Shown: in pieces, positions 38,154-51,169 of the stretch | How the letters are laid out: each line of letters begins with the position of its first letter | How positions within the stretch are numbered: position 1 is the first letter of the stretch | Origin: Bilabrum cf. latius | Taxonomy: Eukaryota | Reading direction: 5' to 3' | Assembly: GCA_965178125.1 (NCBI GenBank) | Contig: OZ237738.1 | Span: 620,001-684,000 of the forward strand | DNA: 64,000 bases | Program-made: the position numbers and the translations under genes | The notes under the pieces: generated by a model | What the model was told of the DNA's origin: nothing | Databases searched by the model: none | The model's input: the letters and a program-made list of their open reading frames with translations, nothing else

Positions 38154-40742
38154 ATGCGTAGACTCCAGCCCGTGTTCGATATCGCGAGATATGGGGCTAT
38201 TGAAGCAATCAGAGTCGGCAAGTTCAACTTTGCACTGAACACAAGGGTGCATGCATTCCGTATCGGGAACACGATGATCGATACCGGATGTCCAAGCGCA
38301 GCCAACAGCGTTGATCAGTACATTCAGGCTCGAGCTGGCGTCCTGAAGCAAGCTTTGGCTTCGCATTTCCACGAAGGTGAGTCAATGCTTTTCGTAGTGC
38401 TTGCATCGCTGCCGTGTTCATATGACCAGCCGCAGATCTTTGCGTGTGCTTATCGCATCCTCCTTGATGGTTCGCAGACCACAGCGGAAACGGCTTGCTG
38501 CTGCAGCAGCGTGGTATCGAGGTCATGGCTCCCTCAAGAAGCATATCTAGAATTAAGAGTGAGCGCGCAAAGATGTGCCTGTGCGAGAATCAAGAATCGG
38601 GTTTGAACCGAGGCATCGACCAAAGCAACTCGCTCGCTCGCTTCGCCCGGTCTCGCAGATGGCTACAAGATGGAGTGGTACAGGCGCATGATATGGGGGG
38701 ATCCAGCACTGTACGATGCATCTCCGGTAGCCCGAGAAACTCCCGTCGCGCTGGATAGAGAGGCCGAGCTGGAACCGGCAATGCAGGCAATACCGGCTGG
38801 GGCAAAGCAGCGGAAGCTGCAGCCAGCAGGCGCAGCAGGGGACATCCCAGGCATCGAGGAGTGCCCCAGCAGGCTAACCGTGGTGCACGTTCCTACCCCC
38901 GGCCACAGCGACGACCACTCCTGCTACTACGTGCCGGAGATCGAAGCGCTGTTCTCTGCTGACCTGTTCGTGACTGCCAAGCCCACCGTGGCGCGCTTCG
39001 ACGAAGACGTGCTGCTGCACATGGCATCGATCGAAAGGGTGCTGGCCCTTCCGTTCAAGCACCTCTTCTGTGCCCACAGAGGCTTCGTGCCCAACGGCCG
39101 ACAGGCGCTCCAGGGTCGCTTGGACCACCTCAAGAGCCTTAGGAAACAGGTGCACCGTGTGCTCGCAGACGACATCGAGGACAAGGAGAGTGCGCGGTCG
39201 GTCACCCGTAAGGTTCTCGGCAGGGAGCCTTTCCTGGCCTGGTTTACCGGTGGTGACTTCTCCCAGTTGCACCTTGTGCAAGGGCTGGCTCAAGGGTACG
39301 GTTCACAGAGCTTGGCCCGCATGCAGATCGGGCAGGTGGACTCCACAGCCCTGATGCAAGCAAAGATGTCGGGACCGCTGAAGCAGCACCTAGGTGTGTT
39401 TCAAACGAGCTACGGACCATTCCGGGCGAGCGAGGGTGCCGATTATAAGGAGTGGATGAGACTTGCAAAGCTCGGCGGGACCATTCCCGACGAGTGGCTG
39501 CAGACGCCCGAGGAGAAGGCAGAGGAGGAGCAGAGGGACGCAGTCGCTGCTCGTGGATTCGCCGCCATAAACAGCGAAGAGTCAGGCGTTGTGGATTCCT
39601 CCCTGCTCGGGTCATCATGGCGCGCCAGCATCGAGGCCAGGGGTCCGCCGCTCCCGCTAATTCCAGGTGCCGCGGCGTACGAGCGCATGGACACGATCCA
39701 CGCGCTTGAAGAAGGCAGCGATACCGACGAACGTCGATTGCTCGCCACGAGTGATTATGATGAGGCCGGGAGAAGCGCAAGCACTGGAATAGACGGTTCG
39801 AATGCAGCGCAGGAAGATCAGCTGCAGACCGTGGCAGACTCCGCTGCGGATGCAGTTGATGAATCGTAGGAACAGCTGGAATGGGCCCCGCTGGTGTGGA
39901 GGGACAGCAGCCGGATGCGGCTCGGAAGCGTGCCCGGCGGCGGCGTCTCTCTAGCCCCCGCTGCTTCTGTGCACCCAGACGTTGTCGAAAGGAGGCTCGC
40001 TCGGCTGCAGCTCCGGGCCGCTGGCCTTGCAGACGTCCATCGCACCACGGGCCAGCGCGCCAGGGCCGAGATAGGAAGAAGGCTCCGCCCCGCGACTCCC
40101 GTGGCCATCGCTCCAGAGACCGTGTTCCTGGCTTCTATGCGCGACAGGAGCCCCGACGCCCACGACCCGATCTTCCCCGAGAACGAAGCGGACGTGCTGG
40201 AGCGCCGGGGACGCGTGTTCGGGGGGTATGCTGTGAGATCCGATGTCGTGGATCGCGAGAGGGCCATTGGGATTGGGGCGAGCAGGGCGAGGCCCGAGCA
40301 GCTGCTTCAACCGAGCAGCGATCGGAGCTAGGCTGCGCTGGGGGGCGGAAGCAATGACATTCGCGCCATAGTTGGTCTGGTGGATTCGGGAGACGGCGCT
40401 CCTGGCGGCTCCTCTGCGAGACAGGCTGCACCGTGGGAAGTGAACGCTCTCGAGGGCATGCCGACGCATGCCCAGTTCGGGGGTGTCCCTGGGGGATCTC
40501 GCGGGGCCATTGCGGGGCCTGGCGCGTCTCAATTGTCTCTCCCCTCTGACTCGCGAAGCCATGAGGAATCCCCCGTGACACTGGCTGACGAGCTGGCCGA
40601 CATCTTTACATCCAAGCAACAGAAAGCAGAGCAGCTGGAAGCCGTGAAGCACGAGAGGGATGCGGTGGATGCTCAAGAGGAGGAATTTATGAGGCGCAGA
40701 GGGAAGAAACCCAGCTCTGGTCGGCAGAAGTCGGGGGATTGA
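38154..40742 (+). CDS. Metallo-beta-lactamase-fold hydrolase with long C-terminal extension (~795 aa)
   Basis: Exons 38154-38376, 38478-38558 and 38659-40742. Motifs IDTG, SHFHEDH (across intron 1), TPGHSDDH, LFSADL and CAH. TAGs at 39867 and 40329; ends TGA. Confidence 0.85.
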
Positions 40743-41399
40743 TTCACCGGTCTACTACAGCTCGTGGCAGACGAGCCGGAACTCATTGAATGAGCCACTT
40801 TTTGCGACCAATATGCGTGTTGCAGAGGACCCCACGTTGCTCACATACACAGGTTTGAACGAACTCTCAATCAATTCAAGCTCACATTTCTAAACTGTGA
40901 GTAGATTTAATGGCATTCTAGCGCACAAATGTGGCTGCTGCGCTTCGATTGGCGCGCAGAGCCGTCGAGCTCCAGCTGCAAGACGGACATGCCGAGCATG
41001 TGAAGTGTTCGATATCTTCCAGGGGAAAGCGCGCATGTTCCCATTGCTTCAAGAATTTAATGGAATGCCTGCTGTGTGGACGCATTGACTTTATGTTAGC
41101 GTAGCTCCCGCTGCCTTGGTGGTGCGGCGGCGTATTCATGATCGCTTTTCGATTGTTACGGCAGCCGTTCTTGCTGTGCAACCGAAGCTGGTACCGCCCT
41201 GCCCCGATTTGCGCGCTCAATTTATCACTGGTACACACTCTACGGCGAAGCTGCCGCGAAATTTTCCGCGGAAGGAGGAAACCCGTTCCGGTACAATTCT
41301 TGGCAAGAGCTCTCCGCGTGTACGTAGCACCGCCTCACTCGCCACCAACTCTCCTCGCAGATATTTGTATCGGCTCAACCGTAAACTTTAGAGTTTTTG

Positions 41400-44300
41400 A
41401 TGTCCTCTGGGCATCCACGGCAAGGTGGAGGCAATACGTTGCCATCAACGCATGCAGAGACAGATCGATTGCTGGGATGCAATTCGCGACAAATCGCGGC
41501 CCTATTCTCTGTCTACTCAGATGACCATCGTAGCGAAGGAGCCTTACGCAACGGGCTACCCTCACTTCCGCCTGCTGCATAGCGTGAAGGCAGAAGGGTG
41601 GGCGAGCAAGATTCGCGGTTGCTACGAAGCAGCAACCAAGGCGAACTGAGCGGCCGCTCATTGTGTGAAAAGCCTTCAGATGATACTCATGGTGGTATTG
41701 GAGGGATGGTCCTTGGTCTTGTCCCGTTTAGTGTCGCTGGTGGCAGTGCTTCGGGAGATCTTCGGCACGCTGAGCGTGCAGTCTCAAAGCTGCATCGACT
41801 TCGGAATTCAAGCCGCCACAAGCATAGGAGAAGCTCGCAACCCGACCCAAACGAGGTTCATGCTGCACTCTCTCGGAGCAAACGCTCTGGGTTCCGAAGA
41901 TTCCGTGGCCAGCCTCCCGCAAAGAGCCGGGCGGGTGACAGGGGCTCTGGCGTGCAGGATCGAGGCTGGCCGGGCACAGAGGGGTCAACCACTGGAATGG
42001 AAGCAGCGCAACAGCTGCGTGAAGCAGCCGGCATGAGCGTGTCGGATCGCACCACCGCGCTCGAGCACAAGGAGGCCGACCGCCTCACTCCAAATCTCCC
42101 CGAGCAGCAGCGAGTCACGCCACGGAGCGAGTGCGCGTCGCAGCACGGAGCTGCTGGCGCATTGGGAACCCAAAGACGAGCTGCAGCGGGCATTTCGCCG
42201 AGCCACGGGTCCCACCCCGCTGGAAGCCTGGACGGGCGGTTCGGCCCTTCCTCGCGGAGGGGCTCTTCCCCGTTCGCCGACGGTGTCTCAGCTACCGGCT
42301 CGGTCCCAGCAGCAGATGGATCCAAGGGGACGGGGACAAGCCGGCCACGTGGTGACACGGTTGGCACGGGTACGGGCACCAGCGGCACGATGACGTCGCC
42401 GCGGTCTGACGGGGGCAGGTCGCGCTCCAGCGCCCTCGATCGGGTGCGGAAGCAGTCGATCGACATGCAGAGGGATGCGGGGGAGCAGATGACTGCCATC
42501 CGCACCACGACGCAGGTCCGGCAGGCCGCTAGATAGATGCAAGTGCGCTCTGGCACCAGTTCTCCGGGCGATGTTTCGTCGCCAAGCCGGCACCTGTCTG
42601 CGCAGCAGCAGACGAAGTCTTCTCGTGCTGCCAGGCGAGCCATGGGCCGGAGGCATTCCGTCGCCTCGACGGCCTCGTCTGCGTCGCAGCCGTCTCCACT
42701 CAAGCGTGCCGTGCGTCTTGTAGATAGAACAGGCGAACAGAGCAGCGGTGCCAAGGAAGAGTCCCGGGGCCGCTCCGAGCAGCAGCAGCAGCAGCACCCG
42801 CAGCTACAATTGCAGTCGCAGCAGTCCCGCCTGCAGATGCGCGTGCCGCACCTTGATCTCTCTGGGACTGCCACTGGTCCAGGTGGCTCTGGACGGAGGC
42901 CGAACATTAGCCCCAGTCGCAGAAAAGGCAGCGATGACTCTTGCTTCTCTCGGCGGACGGACAGCCCAACACGGAGCGGGCTGGGCATTGCAGAAGGGCG
43001 CAGGCAGAGCGGGGGCAGCATTTAGCAGCAGATCAGGGGCTCGAGGGGCGGCTCGGGCGCTCGGCCTCACGTCATGTCACCGGCATCGCCCGCTTCGAGC
43101 CAGCAGCATCGCAGCAGCAGCGGGCATGTGACGCCCCTGTCGCCTGCCTCTGCAGACGGCTTCACCAGGCGTGGCAGCTCGGGCGGGCCGCAGCCTCACC
43201 GCATCAGGTCCCAGGCCGGTTTCGAGCAGCGCAGCTCAGCCACAGAAGAGCACCAGTCAGAGAACTCCTCGCCGTACGCTAGCCCGGAGTCCAGTCCTTC
43301 CAGTAGTCCGGGGCACACACCGCCGTCCCAGCTCCGCAGGTTGTAGGGTGGCGCAACCACTGCCATGCCCTCGAGGCTCAGGCAGGTTGTTGCGGTTTCT
43401 CAAGAGAGTGAAGGCCAGCAGCAGCCGTCTTCGACTGTCGATGGCACAGGGGGCAGCAGCGGTGGCACTCCTCCTAGCGGGAGTGCGAGCGCGGATGGCG
43501 GAAAGCGAGCAAGCGCCGGGCACTCGTCGCGCGGAGGGAGCTCTCGTCGCCGCCTTCACAATCGCATGGGCATGGGTCAGCCGTACGCGCAGCCTAGCAC
43601 GAAGCCTGACCCGTCGAAGACTGTGCCGGTGGCCCCCCATGGCACCGGCATGGCCGGTGCTGCGCCCGGTAGCAAGATGGCGCCGGGCGTTCCGGCTGCT
43701 GGTGCACGAGAAGCTATCCACTCCAAGACGATGGGTGGTCGGTAGGACGCAGCAGATCAGGTCGGCTACCGCCGCAGCCTTGGGCAGCTCCCCGTAGTTC
43801 ACTCTGTGGGCTCTCTCACTGACCTTGCCAAGCAATCCGCCGGTGCCGCCGGTCAGATGGGCGCAGCGGTCGGGGCTCCTCAAAGCAGCGCATCGAGCGG
43901 TGCGTCGGCCTCTTCGGGATCTAAGGGCTCCTCATCCCATCGCGGACAGCGTGGTGCGATCGCAGTTGACGGGAATCGCCGGAGGGTGCAAGCGGCAGGG
44001 CGCGGCGGAGACAGGGGCAGCCTAACCCCACCTAGAGCTTCACCAGGACCCGGGTCTGTGGACAAGGGCGTGGGTAGGCAAGTTTCGCGAGAGAGCCGGG
44101 GTGTTCCTGCGCATGAGGCACAGCAACGTCGGGATGACCACGGGAGTAGGCAGTCAGGCGGTCTTCGCGGTAGCGACCGCAGCCCTTCTCCCGCTCGTGA
44201 AATCACGGGTCTGTCCGAGATGAACAGCGACGACGACAGATCCCTTCCGTCACCGACTCCCGGCAGTCACCTGAGGACCCAGCACAGCTTCGACGATGAC

Positions 44301-47300
44301 CCAGAGCGCAGCGGCGGGTCTGGCTATACCGACGACCAGGCTGTGAGGTTCGCCGATACCTCCTACCCCAGCATCATGGACGCTTCGGTAAGAAATAGGG
44401 CCAAGTCGCAACCTCACAGGGATGTGGCGGCGGCACAGGCCCTTGCGCAGGTTCAGAACTCCAAGGCTGGGGGCAAGCGGCGTGAACACGCTTACTCGAT
44501 CGCTGGCACGGGCCAGGGCGACGCGAGACCCGGCGAGTCGGCGTCGCGGGGTATGACTGGGAGGATTCTGAGAGAAAATGGGGGCGTCGGGGCAGCTGGA
44601 TTCCCAGAGATCTAGCACTCGAGCTCTGCCGGTCTTAATGACGCTCACATCGGTGAGGCAAGACCTGGCGGTGGCAGCAGCGGCGCGCCGAGGCCCGCGC
44701 TTGCTGCTTACAACCCATTGCTCGGGAGGGTGGCCAGTGAGGCAGCCCGGCAGGAAACTGACGAGGGGGACATGCCAGCTAGGGTAATCGAGGAGGTGTA
44801 GGCGCAGCGCCGGATGGAGGTGCTTCACATGCAGGGCTTGGCAGAGCAAGCGAGGAGCGTGATCAGCGGCAGAGGAAGCATCATTGACGAGTCCTGCTTC
44901 GACACCTCAGCATCCGTGGCCGGTGCAAGCGTCATCGATGACGTCGCTGCCCCTGAGAATCGAGTCTTTGGCGACCTGAAGCAGCCCGAAGTGCCCCATG
45001 ACAGCTAGCAGCCGGAACAAGGGGCACTGGGCGGGATTGCCGTGCCCCCTGATCCCAACCAGTCTGTCAGGCCCGCGAATTCGGGCAGTACTGGCGGGTC
45101 TTCCCGTTTCCGGCCGAACGCGTGGTCTACATCATCGCTGAGCCAGCAGTAGCCGCCGCCGCAGCATCGTCCAGCGGACACAGGATCTGCCGTGCTTGGC
45201 TCACTGCCGAGGTCAGAGCAGGCGCCAGTGACGCCGCTAGACGGCGGCGCCGTCCCGTCCGAGCCCGTGGCTCACGAATCGCGCGGAGACATAAGCCCTG
45301 CCAGGCAGCTGCCACCCATCGTTGAGACAGACCACTATGGTGACGGGGTGCATCCGGCACCCCCGCTCGGCGGCACTGCCGGCGAGGGTGAGGCCGGTCG
45401 CCGCGGCCGCGAGCGCAACGCACTCACGCAGGGCACGGAGGACGACCGCGAGGAGGAGGTGGGCCAGCTGGCACCGGAGTGGCACGCCATCCCCGAGTAT
45501 CTTGTGCGTGATAACATTCCACGTCGGCGGGCGCATAGCGGCGGGGACCGTCCTGGCACGGGTAGCGGCTCGCGCCGGTTGCTCGGCTCTGGTCCAGCCG
45601 CCGCTCACGGCGCAAGCAGGCTCACAACAGGTGTACTAGAGTAGAGTGCAAGCCTGCAGCAGGACCAGGCACAGAATCAACACTCAGCTGCTGCTGGCAC
45701 GCAGTCCACTCCCTCCATCCCCGCTGTCGCGCCCATCGGGGCGACCCGGCCACGGACCAACTCCAGCCCGGCACTGCACATCCCTCCCCCGCGCATCCCC
45801 TCGCTGACCAGGAGCGCTAGCGGCAGGCAGCTGAATCCACCTGAGCTGGGGGGTGGTAGCGCGTCCTCGAGCGCAGACGGGCACACGAGGGATGGGACGT
45901 CTCACGGGAGCGGATCTGCCCCGGACCCTTCGATTGTCAACGCCTCCAGGCACAGCATTGCCACTTCAGAAGCAAGCAGCGCGGCTGCTCGGAAATCAAA
46001 GCGAGAGAAAGGAATCTGCGAGCCGACGGCTGCCATCCATGGCAGCGATGCCGTGGATGCCTCGGAGAGCGACAAGACAGGGTCGGCTCACCAGCACTCA
46101 AGCCAGCCTATGCGAAGCAGGCCCGCCACTCAGCTGCAAGGCAGGGGTGGGCAGACCGCTGGTACTGGCCAGCTTCCTGCTGGCATGGGCAAGAACAGGC
46201 TTGGACTTGGCGGCCTTGCTAGCGCGAAACACGTCAAGGTGCCGATGATGCTGCGCCGGGCAGTCGCAGGAGATGGTGCGGCTGTCAAGGCATTGACCGT
46301 TGGAGGCCGCAGCCTCATGGGTGACGATGATAGGGCAGGTGCTGCGATCAATGCAATGGCAGCCATCGCTCCGTCGGTGGGTCCATTCGACGATGAGACG
46401 GGTGCGTCTCGTGCGGACTCTGCCGCTGGACTGTCTAGAGATGAGGAGGCTATCGGTTCGGGTGTCCACGGCGCTCATGTCGTAGCAGAACGGAGCGTCG
46501 GGTCGGGCACGGCATCGCCTGCGATGACTGGAAATGCGGACTCGCTAAGCGAGTCAAGGAGACCCACCTCCGCCGCAGCCGAAGACGTAGCGGAACCAGT
46601 TGCTACAGAGGCGGTCGGTAACAACGATGACAGCGCATCAGGGAGTGCCTCGCTCTCCAAGGAAGACCGTGAGGCTCTGGCTGCCACGGCTGCAGCGGCT
46701 GGCTGGTCCCAGCAGAAGTCTTAGTCTCTTGGTCGCGGCAAGCTGCCAGCCGGGGATGCACCAGGTGCGCCAACGGAGGACATGAAGTCAGCCAAACGAG
46801 CACGCCGCAGCCTGGTCCCACCGCGCCGCGCGGCAGTATCCACAGAGGCCGTGGTGCCACCACCAGTTGCAGAGCCGCGGAGTCCCATCCGTTCAAGCGT
46901 GTCAAACGCCATGGGGGAAAGAAGCCCCAGGCTGTTCGTGCTTGCGGAGGACGGCATGCCGGATGACCGAATGGATGAAATGCCTCTGAACCAGCCGGGA
47001 AGCATGGCGATGAGCGTGCAATCGGCCAGAACAAGCGCCAGCGCCACGTTGGATTGGAGCAGTACCCGCGTGTCACGGTTGCCTCTCGTGGACCCCCCGC
47101 GGCAAGCAGTCGGCCCTGGCCAGGCAGCGGTATCCCGAGATCCATCTTTGGTGTCTGGGCTGCTGAGCACAGGCGGTGGAGGGCGGCCCAGTGGCCGATT
47201 GAGTCTGGGAGGGGCCAGAGCGGGCCTGCGGCGAAGGATTGGCAGCGACGCGCAGAGCGTAGGTGGCTATCGCAGGCCTCTCTCACCCAGTGGACTGGGA

Positions 47301-50102
47301 TCCAGGTCTCGTTTCTACGCCGGAAGCAAAGGGATGTCTGCTTGGGGACAGGGCGGGTTTCAGGTTGGCGGACGGGTGGGCAGCCGGGTTGGATACGGCG
47401 CTGGGTACGTCAGTGGTGCAGGCTCCGTGAGTGGCCGCAGCATGGCAAGCCAGAAGTCGTCTCACAGCATCAAGAGCGAGATACCCATGATCGTCAACAA
47501 GAGAACCGGGTCAATCATGCCCCTGGCTGTGGCTAGAGCAAGGAAGGAGTCCATCGATGAGACGGCGGCGCCACTTGAGACCACCTTTGGGGCACTTACC
47601 CGGGTGTCTGGTAGCAGGCGGGCTGGTAGCGTGAGCGGCGCGCGCTCTGCGATTGGCGGTCCGATGGCCCAGCGAAGCGGGTACACCTATGGTCAGGAGG
47701 GCTGGCAGCACGGCCACAGCCCATCGCAGTCGGCGTAGTGGGAGCGGAGCCGTAGGGCTGACGACGCAGTCAGCGTGAGCAAGTCCACCTACACTGCCCT
47801 CGGCGACCGGCGCGGGCGAGGCCGTTCTTCCGCACACAAGCTCGCCAGGATCCACAGCTCTGGGCCAGATGGAGCCATTGGACAGCACCCTGCGGGGGTG
47901 GGGGCGGGGGTCTCACGCAGGAAAGGGTCCTATCCGGGAGACGCCTTGGTGCAGCAGCAAAGCCCGGGGGCGTGGGAGACGTACGAGTCGCCAAAGGAGA
48001 AGCAGCAAGATCCCGCAGATGCGGCAGGGCACGCCCCGCGACCATTGCAAGCGCAGAGCGGGCACGAGGAAGACGACAGAGACGCACTGCGCCGAGGACT
48101 AGAGTCTGCGAACAGCTACCGCGACTCACCGACGTATGGTGTGACGTCGAGCGTGATGCATGACTCACCCAGGCGGCCAGGCATGGACGATTCCAGGCGA
48201 GCTAGCCCAGCCATGGTAGGAGTTCTGCATGCGCAGCATGGCCAGTCTCCGGCAGGCTCGCCCTCGCCCGCCGTGGAGCGGCAGCTAGCTGGTTTTGCTG
48301 GTGATGGAGAGTATGGAGCAGGCTCGGACGGCGACTTTGGAGAGGAAGGAGGGCTGCCGCCAGAGGGGCTGCTGCAAGCCCAGCTGCTTATCGGGGCGCA
48401 GAGTGGCGAAAAGCAGCCCGGTGGTGCGCTTCACCCGGTGCCCGAGCACTCAACCATGGACAAAGGGAAGCCTCATGGGATGCTTCACGCCTCTCATTCG
48501 GACGGCAGCATGCGCCCTACTGGGCAGACCTTCTTGACGGGATCCAAGGCTTTACCTCTTGCGAGAGTTGTGTCAGATGCTGGCGGTGCGCCCAGGGTAC
48601 AGGACTCGTTGGTGCACACCGCCAGGGCACCCGCAACGCGCACTGCTGCCGACGTGGCGGCACCATTCTGGCCCAGTACATACACGACTGGGCAGGCAAG
48701 GACACTGCCATTGCGCGGTATCCTTGCAGGTGGCGGAGATAGCAGCCTGCAGGTGGTCACGAGCACGATGGGTGGGCATGCCAGTGGTGCTGACCATCCC
48801 ATGGAGTCGCCCCAGTCTGACCTGGACGTGGATGCTGGGCTGCTGGGTGAGATCTATGCCTATCGGGTGCAGACCCCCAGTCCCATGCATGTGTCTAGCT
48901 TGGGCCAGGAAGCGGGAGTGGCGGGCTCGGGGCAGTACGATGACGTGTACGGCGGCTCACCTGCGACGGGACGCGTGCAGGCAGTGGCCAAGTCGAGACA
49001 CGGTAGCAGCGTTGGGGGGTAGTCCGGTGAGCCGGGCAGCGCCGCAAGCGCGTTGGACAAAGAAGAGGAGCCTGCCACGATGACTTCCACCGGCGGAGCC
49101 GTAGTTTCGCTCTCGACTCGCGACGAAGGAACCGGTGAAGGGCAACAGCAAGCTTCAGGATAGGCCGCGCAGGGGGGGCCTCAGCCGCAGGCCATTGTGA
49201 AGCCACAGGCAGTGCCACCAGGTGTAGCACCCGCAGTGGAGTCCCTTCAAGTCCGCGCTGCGCCCTCTGACTCGCTCCCACCCCCAACGCCGCAAGCCAC
49301 AGGGACACCGCTCTCGAGGCGCAGCGGGGCTGGAGACGATCTTCGCATCCGCGCGGGCAGCGGGTCGGTTGGCTACCACCGCAGAGGGGGGGGCTCCTCC
49401 ACGGGTGGATTGTACGTCTCGCAGGAACTGACCCTCACGCACTCCGCGCGGCCCAGCACGTCTGAAGACCCAGCTGCAGAAGACGATGAAAGCGGCTCTC
49501 AAGGCAGTGCCGGTCAGCTGCGTCGTGCGCGGGACAGTCGACTTGCGTAGACCAGAGAGGACAGCCACTGCAAGAATCGAGGGACTTCAGAGCGATCAAT
49601 CTCGCACGACATTCCCTCGGGAGGTCTTTCACATGGGAGAGGGGGTCTTGCCACGGCCCTGAGGGAGTCCCTGACGGACGCTAAGGACCAGCCTATCAGC
49701 ACTGCGGTCGGTGCCGTGAGCGTGACCCGCCTGCGAGGAGGGAGCAGCGGGTGCTTCTCGGGGGGAGCAGCGACTCCAGGGGCCAATCGAATGACCAACA
49801 GAGGCGTGCTCCGCATGTTCCGTGACTTTGGTATCGCGCCGCGGCTCGTGCCGCGTGCTGCAGTCGAAGGCATCCTTCGGAAGCTTGCGGGAAGCGGCAG
49901 TCAGCCGGATGGCGATCTGTTTTCGAGCAAGGACCGTTGGATCACATTGGATGTGTTTCAGCGCGTGCTTGCTGCCGCCGTGGATGACTCTGGGCTATCT
50001 CCCGCAGATTTCTTCGCAGCAATGAACAAGAGCAGGCGCATGGCGGACCTGGCGAGGCGCACCCAGGCCGCCAAGGGGCTCAAGGCGTTCGTTGCATTCT
50101 GA
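41400..50102 (+). CDS. Giant (~2900 aa) mostly disordered S/G/A/R/Q-rich protein with a small p25-alpha/EF-hand-like C-terminal domain
   Basis: Thirteen ORF-track fragments share one frame. Reading the gaps shows only TAGs (15 counted) up to TGA 50100. C-terminal MTNRGVLRMFRDFGIAPRLVPRAAVEGIL...ITLDVFQRVL. Confidence 0.75.
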
Positions 50103-51169
50103 ATCCTTTGTTTTGCTTGTGTGCGTCAATGTGTGCTGCTGGGTTGCATCTCTGGGAGCTGCACGGAGTGCTAAGCCTCTTTTGTGCTTCGCTGCTGCCC
50201 AAGATAGCGATTACTTCGGTGGCGTGCATCCGGATGGTGCTTGTAAAACCATACTTTTGGATCAAGGTGCACCTTACTCGAGGACAGGCACATTTCTTGG
50301 CAACCTGATGCCGGGGATCAGAATAGAGGGAGGTCGCCCGCCTCTCTTCGGAAGGCATGGGCGAAGACAGCTCTCGCCCTGGATCCCTGGGACGAGAAGC
50401 TGGAGTACACCAACAGGGCCAAGCCAAACGTCGAAGGCGCGCTCATTCGGATAGAGCGCACGATTGCACGGTCTTCGGAACGTACAGCTGTCAAGGTGCT
50501 GGCCAACCGAGTGGTTCAGGTGCTCAGAAACCAGCTGCGCCAGCAGGAGCAGCTGACATGCAGGCAGTGGATGCGTGGTGATGCGGCGGCTGCCTTAGCC
50601 GCCACGGCCACGCAGGAGCTGATAGCGGCAACCAATGCGAACGCCCGACTACAGCGACGGATTTTCAAACCCCACGGCTTGCTAAAGGATATAGAGAGGC
50701 AATGGGCCAAAGGCATGAGCGCGTGCATGCTCGCCTCTCTGAAGGATCGTGAGACGCAGAGACGGTCATGGAGGAGGAAATGGTGGGTCTCGACCGGGGA
50801 CCCTGATGTGGGACTGGACCGCGCCTTGTGCCGGGCACACGCTCCGCACCTGTATGCTTTCTCCTTGTGAAGGCAACAGGCTGGGGGCCTGTGGGGGACC
50901 ACATTGATGGCAAAGAATGGGAACTCGGCGGCATAGGCTGAGAACGGGGGGCCCTTGGCCTGAAAGGGTCGGGGGTCTTGTAGTCCTTTGTTTTAGGGCT
51001 CCTCTGGATCTAGGTGATCACCCAAACCCCCTCGGGGGCGACGGTGCATCTGGGTGCTTACGGAATCTTTACCCAACAATGTATTTCTGTATTTCTGTAT
51101 TTCATTTCTATTTTTGCAACGAGCGATACCGTTAGCCCAGTTCACTTATCCGTTATACTTGTTTATAGC

